Positions 20,203-29,481 of a stretch of 64,000 bases of DNA are shown here, in pieces. The stretch is from contig CAWJGT010000003.1 in NCBI GenBank assembly GCA_963842525.1, positions 128,001 through 192,000 of the forward strand, given 5' to 3'. Each line of letters starts with the position of its first letter. Position 1 is the stretch's first letter. The position numbers were made by a program, and so were the translations under genes. Under the pieces are notes generated by a model. That model saw nothing but the letters and a program-made list of their open reading frames with translations, made no database searches and had not been told where the DNA came from. The DNA is from an uncultured Holophagales bacterium (GTDB lineage: Bacteria > Acidobacteriota > Thermoanaerobaculia > Multivoradales > UBA5704).

Positions 20203-21402
20203 TCATCGCGACGCCAACGCCAGCACCGGGTCCAGCCGGGCGGCGCGGCGGGCCGGGAGCCAGCCGAAGAGGAGGCCGACGCCGAAGGAGAGGCCGAGCG
20301 CGGCGGCTACGGCCCAGGGCGGCGGAGAGGCCGGCAGGGCAGGGTAGAGCCCCACCAGGATGCGGATTGCGGCCCAGCCGATGGCGAGCCCCACCAGGCC
20401 GCCGGCCGCCGAGAGCAGCGCGGCCTCGGTCAGGAAGACAGCCAGCACCTGGCCGCTGCCGACGCCCACGGCGCGCAGCAGGCCGATCTCCCGCGTGCGC
20501 TCCGCCACCGCGACCAGCATCACGTTCATGATGCCGATCCCCGCCACCGTCAGCGAGATGGCGGCGATCGCTCCCACCGCGAGGGTGAGCGCGCCGAGGA
20601 TCTGGGAGAAGGTGGAGACCACCGCGTCCTGGGTGAGGACCGTGATGTCCTCCTCGCCGTGCCGCTCCGTGAACAGCCGGATCACCTGGGCCTTGACCCG
20701 TTCGAGGTCGGACGCACCGCGGACCTGGATCATGACCCGGAAGAGCGACCGCCGGTCGAACATCTTCATGGCCGTCACCACCGGCACGACGACCACGTCG
20801 TCGAAGTCCATGCCGAGCTGGACGCCCCGCGGCGCCATCACCCCGAGGACCCGCATCCGCCAGCCGCCGATGCGCACCACCCGGCCGACCGGCGACTCGC
20901 CCGGGAAGAGCTCGCGCGCGACCTTGGTCCCCAGCACCGCCACGGGACGGCCGCGCAGGGTCTCCTCGTCCGGCAGGAACTCGCCGCTCTCCATGGTGAG
21001 CTTGCGCACCTCGTAGAACTCGTCGGTCGAGCCGGCGATGAGCACCTGCCGCCGCCGCGCGCCGTGGGCTACGAGCTCGGTGCCGACGACGAGCGGCGCC
21101 ACCTTCTCGGCCCCGGGGATCTGGCGTACCACGGCCTCGGCGTCCTCGAGCGTGATGTCGTTCGCTCCGGCGGCCAGGCCGGGGATGCCTGTCGTATCGG
21201 TCCTGCCCGGCACCACGATCAGCAGGTTGGTGCCGATGCTGGCGAACTGGTCGATCACATACCGCCGCGCCCCCTCGCCCAGAGCCGTCAGCGCGATCAC
21301 CGCCGCCACCCCGATCGCCATGCCGACCAGGGACAGCAGGGTCCGCAGCCGGTGCCCGGAGAGGGACCTGAGGGTGAAGCGGAGGAGGTCGGAGGGGCTC
21401 AT
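20203..21402 (-). CDS. ABC transporter permease (MacB/FtsX type)
   Basis: GIGIMNVMLVAVAERTREIG, PARRAARLDPV. Confidence 0.9.
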   Translation of the reverse strand: MSPSDLLRFTLRSLSGHRLRTLLSLVGMAIGVAAVIALTALGEGARRYVIDQFASIGTNLLIVVPGRTDTTGIPGLAAGANDITLEDAEAVVRQIPGAEKVAPLVVGTELVAHGARRRQVLIAGSTDEFYEVRKLTMESGEFLPDEETLRGRPVAVLGTKVARELFPGESPVGRVVRIGGWRMRVLGVMAPRGVQLGMDFDDVVVVPVVTAMKMFDRRSLFRVMIQVRGASDLERVKAQVIRLFTERHGEEDITVLTQDAVVSTFSQILGALTLAVGAIAAISLTVAGIGIMNVMLVAVAERTREIGLLRAVGVGSGQVLAVFLTEAALLSAAGGLVGLAIGWAAIRILVGLYPALPASPPPWAVAAALGLSFGVGLLFGWLPARRAARLDPVLALASR

Positions 21403-22109
21403 GGCGCGAACAGGTCCGCCGTCGCGGCCACGTCCGCGCCGGCGAGGCGCCGGACGACATGGCCGTCCACCAGGACGATGATCCGCTCGGCGCGCTTGGC
21501 CACCGAGGGGTCGTGGGTCACCACGACCAGGGTGGTCCCTTCACCGTTCATCCGGTCGAGGAGGTCGAGGATCTGCTTGCCGGAGCTGGTGTCGAGGTTG
21601 CCCGTGGGCTCGTCGGCGAGGAGCACGCGGGGGCCCATCACCGTGGAGCGGGCGAGGGCGACGCGCTGGCGCTCGCCGCCGGAGAGCTGGTCCGGGCGGT
21701 GGTCCATGCGGGCCCCGAGGTCCACCGAGCCGAGGGCAGTCTCCACCCGCTGCCGGCGCTCCGCCCGCGACAGGCCGGCGAAGATCATCGGCAGCTCCAC
21801 GTTCTCGGCCGCGGTCAGGCGCGGCACGAGGTGGAACGACTGGAAGACGAAGCCGATCATGTGCCGCCGCACCTCGGTCAGCTCCGCGTCCGAGAGGTGG
21901 GCCACGTCCCGGCCGTCGAGGAAATAGGAGCCGCTGTCCGGGCGGTCCAGGCAGCCGACCGTGTAGAGGAGGGTCGACTTGCCCGACCCCGAGGGGCCCA
22001 TGATGGCGACGTGCTCGCCCGTCCGGATGTGCTCGTGGATGTCCACCAGGGCGTGGACCGGCTGGCCGCCGAGCTGGTACGTGCGGGAGATCCCCTCCAG
22101 GCGGATCAC
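21399..22109 (-). CDS. ABC transporter ATP-binding protein
   Basis: Walker A GPSGSGKST, LSGGERQRV, ADEPTGNLD; GTG at 22109 coupled to the upstream stop. Confidence 0.92.
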   Translation of the reverse strand: MIRLEGISRTYQLGGQPVHALVDIHEHIRTGEHVAIMGPSGSGKSTLLYTVGCLDRPDSGSYFLDGRDVAHLSDAELTEVRRHMIGFVFQSFHLVPRLTAAENVELPMIFAGLSRAERRQRVETALGSVDLGARMDHRPDQLSGGERQRVALARSTVMGPRVLLADEPTGNLDTSSGKQILDLLDRMNGEGTTLVVVTHDPSVAKRAERIIVLVDGHVVRRLAGADVAATADLFAP

Positions 22110-23302
22110 CGGCCGGCTCCGCGCGCCCGCTCGGTGGTCCCCTCGGTCGTCCCATCGGTGGCAGGCGGAGTCACCCGGACCTCGGCGCCCGCCTTGACCT
22201 CCGGCCGGTCGAGCGACGTGACCACGAGGTCTCCGGCCGACACGCCCGAGCGCACCTCCGTCCAGTCCCAGTTCTTGAGACCGATCTCGAGCTGGCGTTC
22301 CACCAACAGCCCGTTCTCGGCCACCAGGACCCGGTTGCCTTCGAGCAGGGCCGGCGTCGGGACCCGCAGCACGTCGGGGTGCTCCTCCAGGATCACTTCG
22401 ACGTCGGCCGAGGTGCCGGGCAGCAGCCGCACACCCTCGGGGAGCCCGTCGAAGGCCGCTTCGGTCTCCACCGTCCGGTTCTGCTCCTCGCGGTCGAGCA
22501 CGTATGGGGCGATGCGCGCCACCCGTCCAGGGAAAGTCCGGCCGGGATAGGAGTCCACCGTGATCCGCGCCGGCCGGTCCACCTGGATGCGGGCCGAATC
22601 GACCTCGTCCATGGGAGCGCTCACGTAGACCGACTCCGGGTCGATCAGGTCGATGACCGCCGGGATCGGCATGCCGGGCGGCGACGGCGTGGTGTACTCG
22701 CCGACCTCGATCGACACATCGGCGACCACGCCCGGGAAGGGGGCGCGGATCACCATCAGGCGGGTCTGCCGCGACGCGAGCTCGATCGACGCCTGCGCCT
22801 GCTCGACGCCGGCCCGGGCCGCGCGGCAGGCGGCGGCAGATGTCTCGACCGACGTCTGGGCCTGGTCGAGGACGTCGGCCGAGATGATCCCCTCCTTGGC
22901 GAGCTTCGAGATCCGGGCGAGCTCGCGGCGGGAGCGCTCGGTGGCGGCGCAAGCCTGCTCGCGCTGGGCCTGGACGGCCTGGAGCTCGCGGCGGGCGAGA
23001 GAGGTCCGCGCTTCCAGCACGTCGGTGTCGAGCCGGAGCAGGATGTCTCCCTGTTGGACCCGGTCCCCCTCGCGGTGCGGGACCTCGACCGCCCGGCCGC
23101 CGACCTCAGGGGAGATCTGGGCCCGCCGGCGGGCCTTGACCGTGCCCGCCCGCGAGTTGGTCACCGTCTCCTCCACCCGTCCTCTGCCCACGGGTACCGC
23201 CTGCACCTCGATCGGCTTGGGAGCGAGCACCGTCGTGCGGAGCGCGAACGCCACCGCCACGATCACGAGGATCGCCGCGATCCGGATCACCCATCGCCGC
23301 AT
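22106..23302 (-). CDS. Efflux periplasmic adaptor (MacA/HlyD type)
   Basis: ISPEVGGR..EV.HREGDRV, IRAPFPGVV, coiled coil, LRVPTPAL. Confidence 0.88.
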   Translation of the reverse strand: MRRWVIRIAAILVIVAVAFALRTTVLAPKPIEVQAVPVGRGRVEETVTNSRAGTVKARRRAQISPEVGGRAVEVPHREGDRVQQGDILLRLDTDVLEARTSLARRELQAVQAQREQACAATERSRRELARISKLAKEGIISADVLDQAQTSVETSAAACRAARAGVEQAQASIELASRQTRLMVIRAPFPGVVADVSIEVGEYTTPSPPGMPIPAVIDLIDPESVYVSAPMDEVDSARIQVDRPARITVDSYPGRTFPGRVARIAPYVLDREEQNRTVETEAAFDGLPEGVRLLPGTSADVEVILEEHPDVLRVPTPALLEGNRVLVAENGLLVERQLEIGLKNWDWTEVRSGVSAGDLVVTSLDRPEVKAGAEVRVTPPATDGTTEGTTERARGAGR

Positions 23303-23356
23303 AGCGGCATGACTCTATCATTGTGGCATGATGGATTCCGGAAGGGAGGGCCCCCG

Positions 23357-23785
23357 ATGTTCCGCAAGATCCTGATTCCCGTCGATTTCAGCGAGAAGAA
23401 TGAAGCGGCGCTCGAAGCCGCCCTGCAGATGGCCCTGCACCCCGACCGGCAGGAGCCCGAGGTCACCCTCCTGCATGTGATCGAGACCATCGAGCACATC
23501 TCTTTCGAGGAGATGGGCGACTTCTACCGCGGCCTGGAGACGCGGGCCGAGGCCAAGCTGAGCGTCATGGAGGAGCGGTTCCGCGCCGCGGGGGTCAAGG
23601 CTTTTCACGAGACCCTCTACGGCAAACGGGCCGAGACCATCGTCCGCTACGCGGAGGAGAGGAGCTTCGACCTGATCCTCCTCTCCTCCCACAAGGTCGA
23701 TCGCGACCATCCCGCCCTGGGCCTGGGGACGATCAGCTACCGGATCGCCATCGTGGCGCGGTGCGCCGTGCTCCTGGTGAAGTAG
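23357..23785 (+). CDS. Universal stress protein
   Basis: MFRKILIPVDFS, LLHV, DLILLSSH, CAVLLVK. Confidence 0.9.
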   Translation: MFRKILIPVDFSEKNEAALEAALQMALHPDRQEPEVTLLHVIETIEHISFEEMGDFYRGLETRAEAKLSVMEERFRAAGVKAFHETLYGKRAETIVRYAEERSFDLILLSSHKVDRDHPALGLGTISYRIAIVARCAVLLVK

Positions 23786-24597
23786 GGGAAAGGGTCCTCG
23801 GCCGCCCTCATCTCCACGATGAGGCTAGGCGACGTGGCGCGGTGCCAGGGCCGGCCGTCGAAGTCCCCCCAGAGCCGGGAAATCCGGAGCCCCGCCCTGC
23901 GTCCGCGGCGCTCCAGCTCCTCGACCGACCAGAGGCGGGCCTGGAACGAAGCCTCCTCGACGCACCGGCCGCCGAGCCGGTACTCCCAGCGGGCCGTGCA
24001 GATCCGGCTGCCGGGATCGCAGCGCCAGGTCTCCCGGACCCGCAGTCCGCTGCCCTCCACGGAGCGCTCCCCGGTCCACCCCTGATCCCCGGAGGCGACC
24101 CGCCCCCGCTCCGGCGGCAGCCACGCCGCGTCCAGCAGGAACCGCCCTTCCGGCGCGAGGTGCCGGGCCACGGTGGCGAGCGCCCGGTCGCGGTCCTCCT
24201 CCAGGATCAGGTGGACGAAGGGGTCGTCCACCGCCACGACCAGGTCGAACCGTGCGCGCAACCGGACGTCGCGCATGTCAGCGACGAAGAGGGTCACGTG
24301 GGAGAGCCCGGCGAGCCGGCGCCGGGCCGTGGCGACGAGCTCCGGGCTGAGGTCGAAGGCGACCACCCGCCGGGCGTGGCGCGCCAGGAAGGCCGTGGCC
24401 CGCCCCGTGCCCGCACCCAGCTCCAGCACCCGGCACGGCGTCCCGGCAGCGGCCCGGGTCCAGAAGCCGGCGTCCCCCCGATCGCTCAGCTCGAGATCGA
24501 AGAACGGGAGGATGCGGTGGTAATACGCCTGGACGCCGGAGGAGTGTCCGGTTTCCTGCGGCGCTGGAGGAGGCCCCTCGATCACGGCAACGCTCAT
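23737..24597 (-). CDS. Class I SAM-dependent methyltransferase
   Basis: VLELGAGTGR, AFDLS, ADMRD, HLAPEGRF, WGDFDG. Confidence 0.88.
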   Translation of the reverse strand: MSVAVIEGPPPAPQETGHSSGVQAYYHRILPFFDLELSDRGDAGFWTRAAAGTPCRVLELGAGTGRATAFLARHARRVVAFDLSPELVATARRRLAGLSHVTLFVADMRDVRLRARFDLVVAVDDPFVHLILEEDRDRALATVARHLAPEGRFLLDAAWLPPERGRVASGDQGWTGERSVEGSGLRVRETWRCDPGSRICTARWEYRLGGRCVEEASFQARLWSVEELERRGRRAGLRISRLWGDFDGRPWHRATSPSLIVEMRAAEDPFPYFTRSTAHRATMAIR

Positions 24598-24747
24598 GCC
24601 TCCTCATCCCCTGCAATGAGTGGGCCGGCCTTGAGATAACTTGAGATAAGATGACAGTAAATAAAGACAAGCGCGGTATGGACCCCTGCGTTCCCGGCAG
24701 ATCCTCCGGCGGCGCAGACTCCCCCTCCCGCGCGGGAGGAACGACTC

Positions 24748-25863
24748 ATGGCCAGCAGGAAGAAAGCGGTACCGCCCCCGGAGGAAAAACCGGAGCCCAG
24801 GAACAAATCGCGGAACGTCGAGGTCTACGCCCCCAAGCTGCTCCTGCACCTGATCGGCGTGGACCGGGCCCCGACAAATGACGTCGCGGAGTGGGAGGCA
24901 GCCTATAAGCGCGACCTGAGGCCCGGCTTCGCTGCGCTGTCCGGACAAGGCAGCTTCAACCACCAGCAGATGCTCCGGGCCGTCGATCTGTGGAAGACGA
25001 ACGACCCGTCGTGGTGGAAGACCTACCTGCGCTGGCAATGCGGCGTGGAAGAGCCGCCGCCAGAGCACGCCCTGCTGCGCTTCTTTGGCGGCAGCGAGCC
25101 GTTCAGCCCGACCTATGAGCCGTTCCGCTGGGGCTCCGTGCTGGCCGCCCGGCTCTGGACCCTCCGGAAAAGAGACGCCGAGCTGCTGCGGCTCACCTCG
25201 CGCTACGCCGAGGCGATCTGTGCCCTGTGCGCCTTGACGGCGGTGCCCTGGCCGGACACCGCGCGTTCCGTCAACAGGAGGGGGGAGCCGGTCTACCGGG
25301 GTCCTTTCGTCTCTCCCGTGGGAGAGCGCTCCAACCAGCACGTCGTCTCCGACCTGGGGCCCCTGTTCGGGTTCTCCGTGCACTGGCCGGACGTCTGGGT
25401 CAAGAACCTGGACTCCTGGCCGCTGCGCGTCGCCCATGAGCTGCGCGGCGACCTGGGGGTGAACGAGTCCCTGGCCGAAGACCTGAAGAGCCACGTCAAC
25501 GGAGAGGACCGCGCCGGTGTCCTCGAACGGGTGCTCAAGGGCATCACCGTGCGGGGGGAGAACCGGGTCCTCCGCTTTCCGGAAGGCCGGCTGGTCTACA
25601 AGCTCGAAAGGACCAACGGCAACACGCCCTGCATCTTCTACGAGTGGTACGACTTCACGACGAAGACCGCGACCATCGGCTTTCCCTGGCCGGAAGGCCG
25701 CGGCGCCCGGCTGCGGGGTGCGGGCCAATGCGACATCGTCGAGGAGGACGGAACCCGCAAGGTCGTCGCCCAGACGGAATACGGCACCGTCTCCTTCTCC
25801 CTGCCCGCTGGTGGATTCTCCCGGAGCGCTCTAGGAACGGAGGGCTTCCGGAGAGAGAGCTGA
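24748..25863 (+). CDS. Hypothetical protein (371 aa, Trp-rich)
   Basis: GGAGG RBS and host-like codon bias; no motif recognised. Confidence 0.7.
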   Translation: MASRKKAVPPPEEKPEPRNKSRNVEVYAPKLLLHLIGVDRAPTNDVAEWEAAYKRDLRPGFAALSGQGSFNHQQMLRAVDLWKTNDPSWWKTYLRWQCGVEEPPPEHALLRFFGGSEPFSPTYEPFRWGSVLAARLWTLRKRDAELLRLTSRYAEAICALCALTAVPWPDTARSVNRRGEPVYRGPFVSPVGERSNQHVVSDLGPLFGFSVHWPDVWVKNLDSWPLRVAHELRGDLGVNESLAEDLKSHVNGEDRAGVLERVLKGITVRGENRVLRFPEGRLVYKLERTNGNTPCIFYEWYDFTTKTATIGFPWPEGRGARLRGAGQCDIVEEDGTRKVVAQTEYGTVSFSLPAGGFSRSALGTEGFRRES

Positions 25864-26001
25864 AGCGACCCGCGACGCGGCCGTCGTGGCAAGCTGGCTT
25901 CCCGCGCAACGCGCCACCCAGGCGGACCCGGTGTTCCTCCTGCGGGCGAATTAGGCGCGAACGAATCCGAGGTAGGATGGAGCGGAAGCTCTGCGTCCGG
26001 C

Positions 26002-26506
26002 ATCGATTTCAGATAACTCTGGATGCCTTCCAAGAATTCTGTATCGATTTCGGGTGACGTGAAACGCATTCGAGGCCAGATGGAATCGATTTCGCGTGAG
26101 GTGGAATCGATTCCAAAAAATCTGGATGCGTTCCAAAAATTCTGAATCGATTTCGCGTGACGTGGAACGCGTTCCAGTTTAAGTGAAATCGATTCCAAAA
26201 AATCTGGACGCGTTCCAAAAATTCTGAATCGATTTCGCGTGACGCGGAACGCGTTCCAGTTTAAGTGAAATCGATTTCACGTGAGGTGGAATCGATTCCA
26301 AAAAATCTGGACGCGTTCCAAAAATTCTGAATCGGTTTCGCGTGACGTGGAACGCGTTCCAGTTTAAGTGAAATCGATTTCACGAGAGGTGAAATCGATT
26401 CCAAAAAATCTGGACGCGTTCCAAAAATTCTGAATCGGTTCAACGTCACCCGCTACGCGTTCAGGGTCGCGGTGGATCGATCCAGCGTCATTCTGGATCG
26501 ACATCC
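26002..26506. repeat. AT-rich higher-order tandem array of 20-21-bp palindrome monomers
   Basis: About 25 monomers centred on ATCGAT or ACGCGT; block starts at 26106, 26188, 26291 and 26394 (82/103/103 bp). Confidence 0.9.
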
Positions 26507-26603
26507 TTCCCCGCCCGAGAAGACAGGATACCTTCATCCCGATAGGGCAGGCGCGTCCGGCCGATCGAGGCCGGGCCGGCGTCCTGCCGGAAGGGAGCTT
26601 TCC

Positions 26604-26909
26604 ATGTCCTGCAAGTCTCTCGGACTCGGAGCCGGCCTCGTCCTCCTCCTCGCCTGCCTGGGAGCCGCACCGCTGACCGCCGCGCCGGGGCCGCGCGGGC
26701 TCGTTGCGCCCGAGCCAGCCGCCCGGAGCCTCCTCGCCGACCTGTGGACCCTCTTCGGCCGGCTGTTCCAGACTGACACGGCGGACAACCGGTGCAGCAT
26801 CGATCCCGATGGATGCCCGGCCGCGACCGGCGACAACCGGGGCAGCATCGACCCGAACGGGCTGCTGTCGGAGCCGGACAACCGGGGGACCATCGATCCC
26901 AACGGCTGA
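26604..26909 (+). CDS. Secreted peptide precursor with three DNRxxIDPxG repeats
   Basis: Signal peptide then DNRCSIDPDG, DNRGSIDPNG, DNRGTIDPNG-stop. Confidence 0.8.
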   Translation: MSCKSLGLGAGLVLLLACLGAAPLTAAPGPRGLVAPEPAARSLLADLWTLFGRLFQTDTADNRCSIDPDGCPAATGDNRGSIDPNGLLSEPDNRGTIDPNG

Positions 26910-27016
26910 CTCCGGCCCGGGGAGCCGTCCTGCGGTCGCGGCTCCCCGCATCTTCCCTTGCATCCGAGGTTCCTTCTTCAGGTAAACTGTTCTCGACGAG
27001 AGAGACGGAGCCCGGC

Positions 27017-27271
27017 ATGACCTCCTCCGACCGCCCCAGCCCCGAGGACCTCGAACGGGTCGTGGCGAGCGCCCGTTCCGAGATCGTCCGCCTGTTCGAG
27101 GAGCGGGGAGTGCCGGACGAGGAGGCCGAGCGCCGGATCGGCGACGCCCTGGTGCGGCTCGCCTGGCGCTGGGGCCGGGTGCGCAACCGGGCCCGCTGGC
27201 TGGTGACGACCCTGGACAAGGAGACCCGGAACCGTGAGCAGACAACCCGAGAAAGACCCGCAGGAGGATGA
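27017..27271 (+). CDS. Small protein resembling ECF sigma region 2 only
   Basis: VPDEEAERRIGDALVRLAWRWGRVRNRARWLVTTL resembles the ECF sigma2 pattern; ATGA coupling to the TPR gene. Confidence 0.55.
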   Translation: MTSSDRPSPEDLERVVASARSEIVRLFEERGVPDEEAERRIGDALVRLAWRWGRVRNRARWLVTTLDKETRNREQTTRERPAGG

Positions 27272-28488
27272 GCAGCCCCCGACGGGGGAGCCGAAGACGC
27301 CCGCACCGGCCAACCGCTACGAGAGGCCGTTGGACCGAGGGCTCGCTCGCGGGGTCCGGGAGCTTCTCCCGGCTGTTTCAGGAGATCGACGAGGGGAAGG
27401 CTCTCCTGACCGACCTCTTCCGCAGAAGCGCGCCCGAGCGCAGCGTGGCCGTGGTGGAGGAGACCCGGTTCCAGGCGCTCGGGCTCTGCGAGCTCCTGCA
27501 GGCGAGGAGCCAGGAGCTCTGGTTCTCCGACCCCGCCGCCGCGGTCGACCTGGCCGAGCTTGCCGTCGCCGTGGCCGGCCGGCTGGACGAGGAGCACTAC
27601 GGCCGAGCGTTGGTCGAGGATGCCCGCGCCCTGGCCTGGGGCCATCTGGGCAATGCGCGCCGCATCGCCTCCGACCTCCGGAAGGCGGAGGAGGCGCTCC
27701 AGACCTCCGAGCAACACCTCGCCTTATCCGATGCCGACGCTCACACCGAGGCCCAGATCCTGAGCTTCAAGGCGTCCCTGAGAAACTCCCAAGGGCGCTT
27801 CGATGAAGCAACCCAGCTCCTGGACCGAGTCATCGCCATCTACCGCGACGCCAGGGATCGCCACCTGGAAGGCAAGGCTCTGATCAAGAAAGGAATGGTC
27901 ATGGGAGACGCGGGCCGGCACCGTCCGGCCGTCCGCCTGCTCCGGCAGGGGCTCTCTCGGATCGTCCCCTTCGAAGAACCGGCCCTCCTGGTCTCGGCGC
28001 GGCACAACCTCATTCTGTATCTCCATGAGAGCGGGAGGAACGCGGAGGCGGAAAGCGCTCTTGTCGAGACGCGTGGGCTCTACGACGAGTTGGGCCAGCC
28101 GACGCACCGGATCCGCCTCGGTTGGCTGGCGGGGAAGATCGCCCGCGATCTCGGCCGCCTCGACGAGGCGGAGACCGTCCTGCGGCAAGCCCGGGACGCC
28201 TTTATCGCCCAGGGCATCGGCTTCGACGCGGCCCTGGTCGCCCTCGACCTCGCGCTGGTCCACGTACGGAAGGGAGACCGCGCCGAGATCAAGCATCTGG
28301 CGGCGGAGATGGTCCCCATCTTCCAGTCGCGTGACGTGCACGCGGAAGCGGCCGCCGCGCTGGTCCTCTTCCAGAACGCCGCCGAGGCCGAGGAGGTCAC
28401 CGAAGATCTGGTCCGCCAGATGGCCGCCTACCTCCAGCGCGCCCGGCACGACCCGGATCTGCGGTTCGCCGCCAGGAAGAGGAGCTAG
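27268..28488 (+). CDS. TPR-repeat protein
   Basis: AWGHLGNARR, QGRFDEA, RHNL, GRLDEAE, FDAALVALDLA. Confidence 0.85.
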   Translation: MSSPRRGSRRRPHRPTATRGRWTEGSLAGSGSFSRLFQEIDEGKALLTDLFRRSAPERSVAVVEETRFQALGLCELLQARSQELWFSDPAAAVDLAELAVAVAGRLDEEHYGRALVEDARALAWGHLGNARRIASDLRKAEEALQTSEQHLALSDADAHTEAQILSFKASLRNSQGRFDEATQLLDRVIAIYRDARDRHLEGKALIKKGMVMGDAGRHRPAVRLLRQGLSRIVPFEEPALLVSARHNLILYLHESGRNAEAESALVETRGLYDELGQPTHRIRLGWLAGKIARDLGRLDEAETVLRQARDAFIAQGIGFDAALVALDLALVHVRKGDRAEIKHLAAEMVPIFQSRDVHAEAAAALVLFQNAAEAEEVTEDLVRQMAAYLQRARHDPDLRFAARKRS

Positions 28489-28510
28489 TCCGCCGCGGGG
28501 CCGTCGCCGA

Positions 28511-28687
28511 TCAGCAGTTGCCCGAGCAGTCCCACCCCGCGATGGTGCAGGCCTTGTAGATTTCGCAGCTCGGCCCGGTGTTGCCACCTGCGACCGCTTC
28601 GTCGCGCAGCTCAATGCTCTCGGATTGGAGTCGGAGCAGCGTCTCTTTGTTGAGGGTGATTTTCTTGCCTTCTTTGGTCTTCTTCAC
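28511..28687 (-). CDS. Putative lanthipeptide/RiPP precursor (58 aa)
   Basis: AAGGAG RBS and GTG start; leader KKITLNKETLLRL, VAGG, core NTGPSCEIYKACTIAGWDCSGNC. Confidence 0.75.
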   Translation of the reverse strand: MKKTKEGKKITLNKETLLRLQSESIELRDEAVAGGNTGPSCEIYKACTIAGWDCSGNC

Positions 28688-28836
28688 GGCTTCTCCTTCG
28701 GCGCAGCGGTGAACCTGCACAGGAAGCTGTGCGGACGCGAAGATCCTCTCACCAACGACCACGCACTGCAACAGGCTCAGACTCCCTTCCCCGTGGCCAC
28801 GTCGCTGGTGACGTCTTTCTAGAGTGATAGGATCAG

Positions 28837-29145
28837 ATGATGAAGTCGAGAACTTTCCCTGAGCTGTTTGAGGAAGCGGAGCGGCACGAAGACTACTGGG
28901 TGGCGGGCGCGATCCTCGAGCTCACGGAAGACGTAGTGCGGGAGATGGAGCGCCAGGGAATCACCCGCACGGAGCTTGCGCAGAGACTCGGCATTACCCC
29001 CGCGTACGTGACCAAGACCCTGCGCGGCCAGGTGTGCTTCTCCCTCGCCACGATGGTGCGGCTGGCTCGCGCGCTCGACGCGGAGCTCCGCGTCCAAATC
29101 GCAGGCCCAACTGTGACGACTGCGAAGAGAGCACACCCCCGGTGA
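28837..29145 (+). CDS. XRE-family HTH protein (antitoxin-like, orphan)
   Basis: ITRTELAQRLGITPAYVTKTLRG...SLATMVRLARAL. Confidence 0.85.
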   Translation: MMKSRTFPELFEEAERHEDYWVAGAILELTEDVVREMERQGITRTELAQRLGITPAYVTKTLRGQVCFSLATMVRLARALDAELRVQIAGPTVTTAKRAHPR

Positions 29146-29481
29146 GCAGTCGAAAGCCGATTAACCGTGAAGCGGCGCGAGAGGGCGCTCCGCCACGGCC
29201 ACCCCCCGACGCTCCAACGCTGGCGGGCGCTGCATCACCTTGCGGGCCGCAGCGCCGCGCTTTGGGCCTCTCTGGTGGCCGACCGTCCGGCCACGCGGAC
29301 CTTTTCCTACCGAGAAGGGCAACGAGCAGAAGACAGGGCCGCTTCGGTGGAAGTTCGTCCGTCCCCAGCTTCATCCGGGTATGTGGCTCGGCGAAGAGGC
29401 ACCTAGTCCGGGCCGGATCTCCAAGACCGGCCGCCACTCGCCCTTCCACCCAAACCAGGCGGGACCCAGTTCCTAGGCAAT

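Noticed and set aside
26002-26506. CRISPR array or short repeat-encoded ORFs
   Set aside because: Inter-palindrome segments repeat rather than being unique; the mixed 20/21-bp period breaks reading frames.
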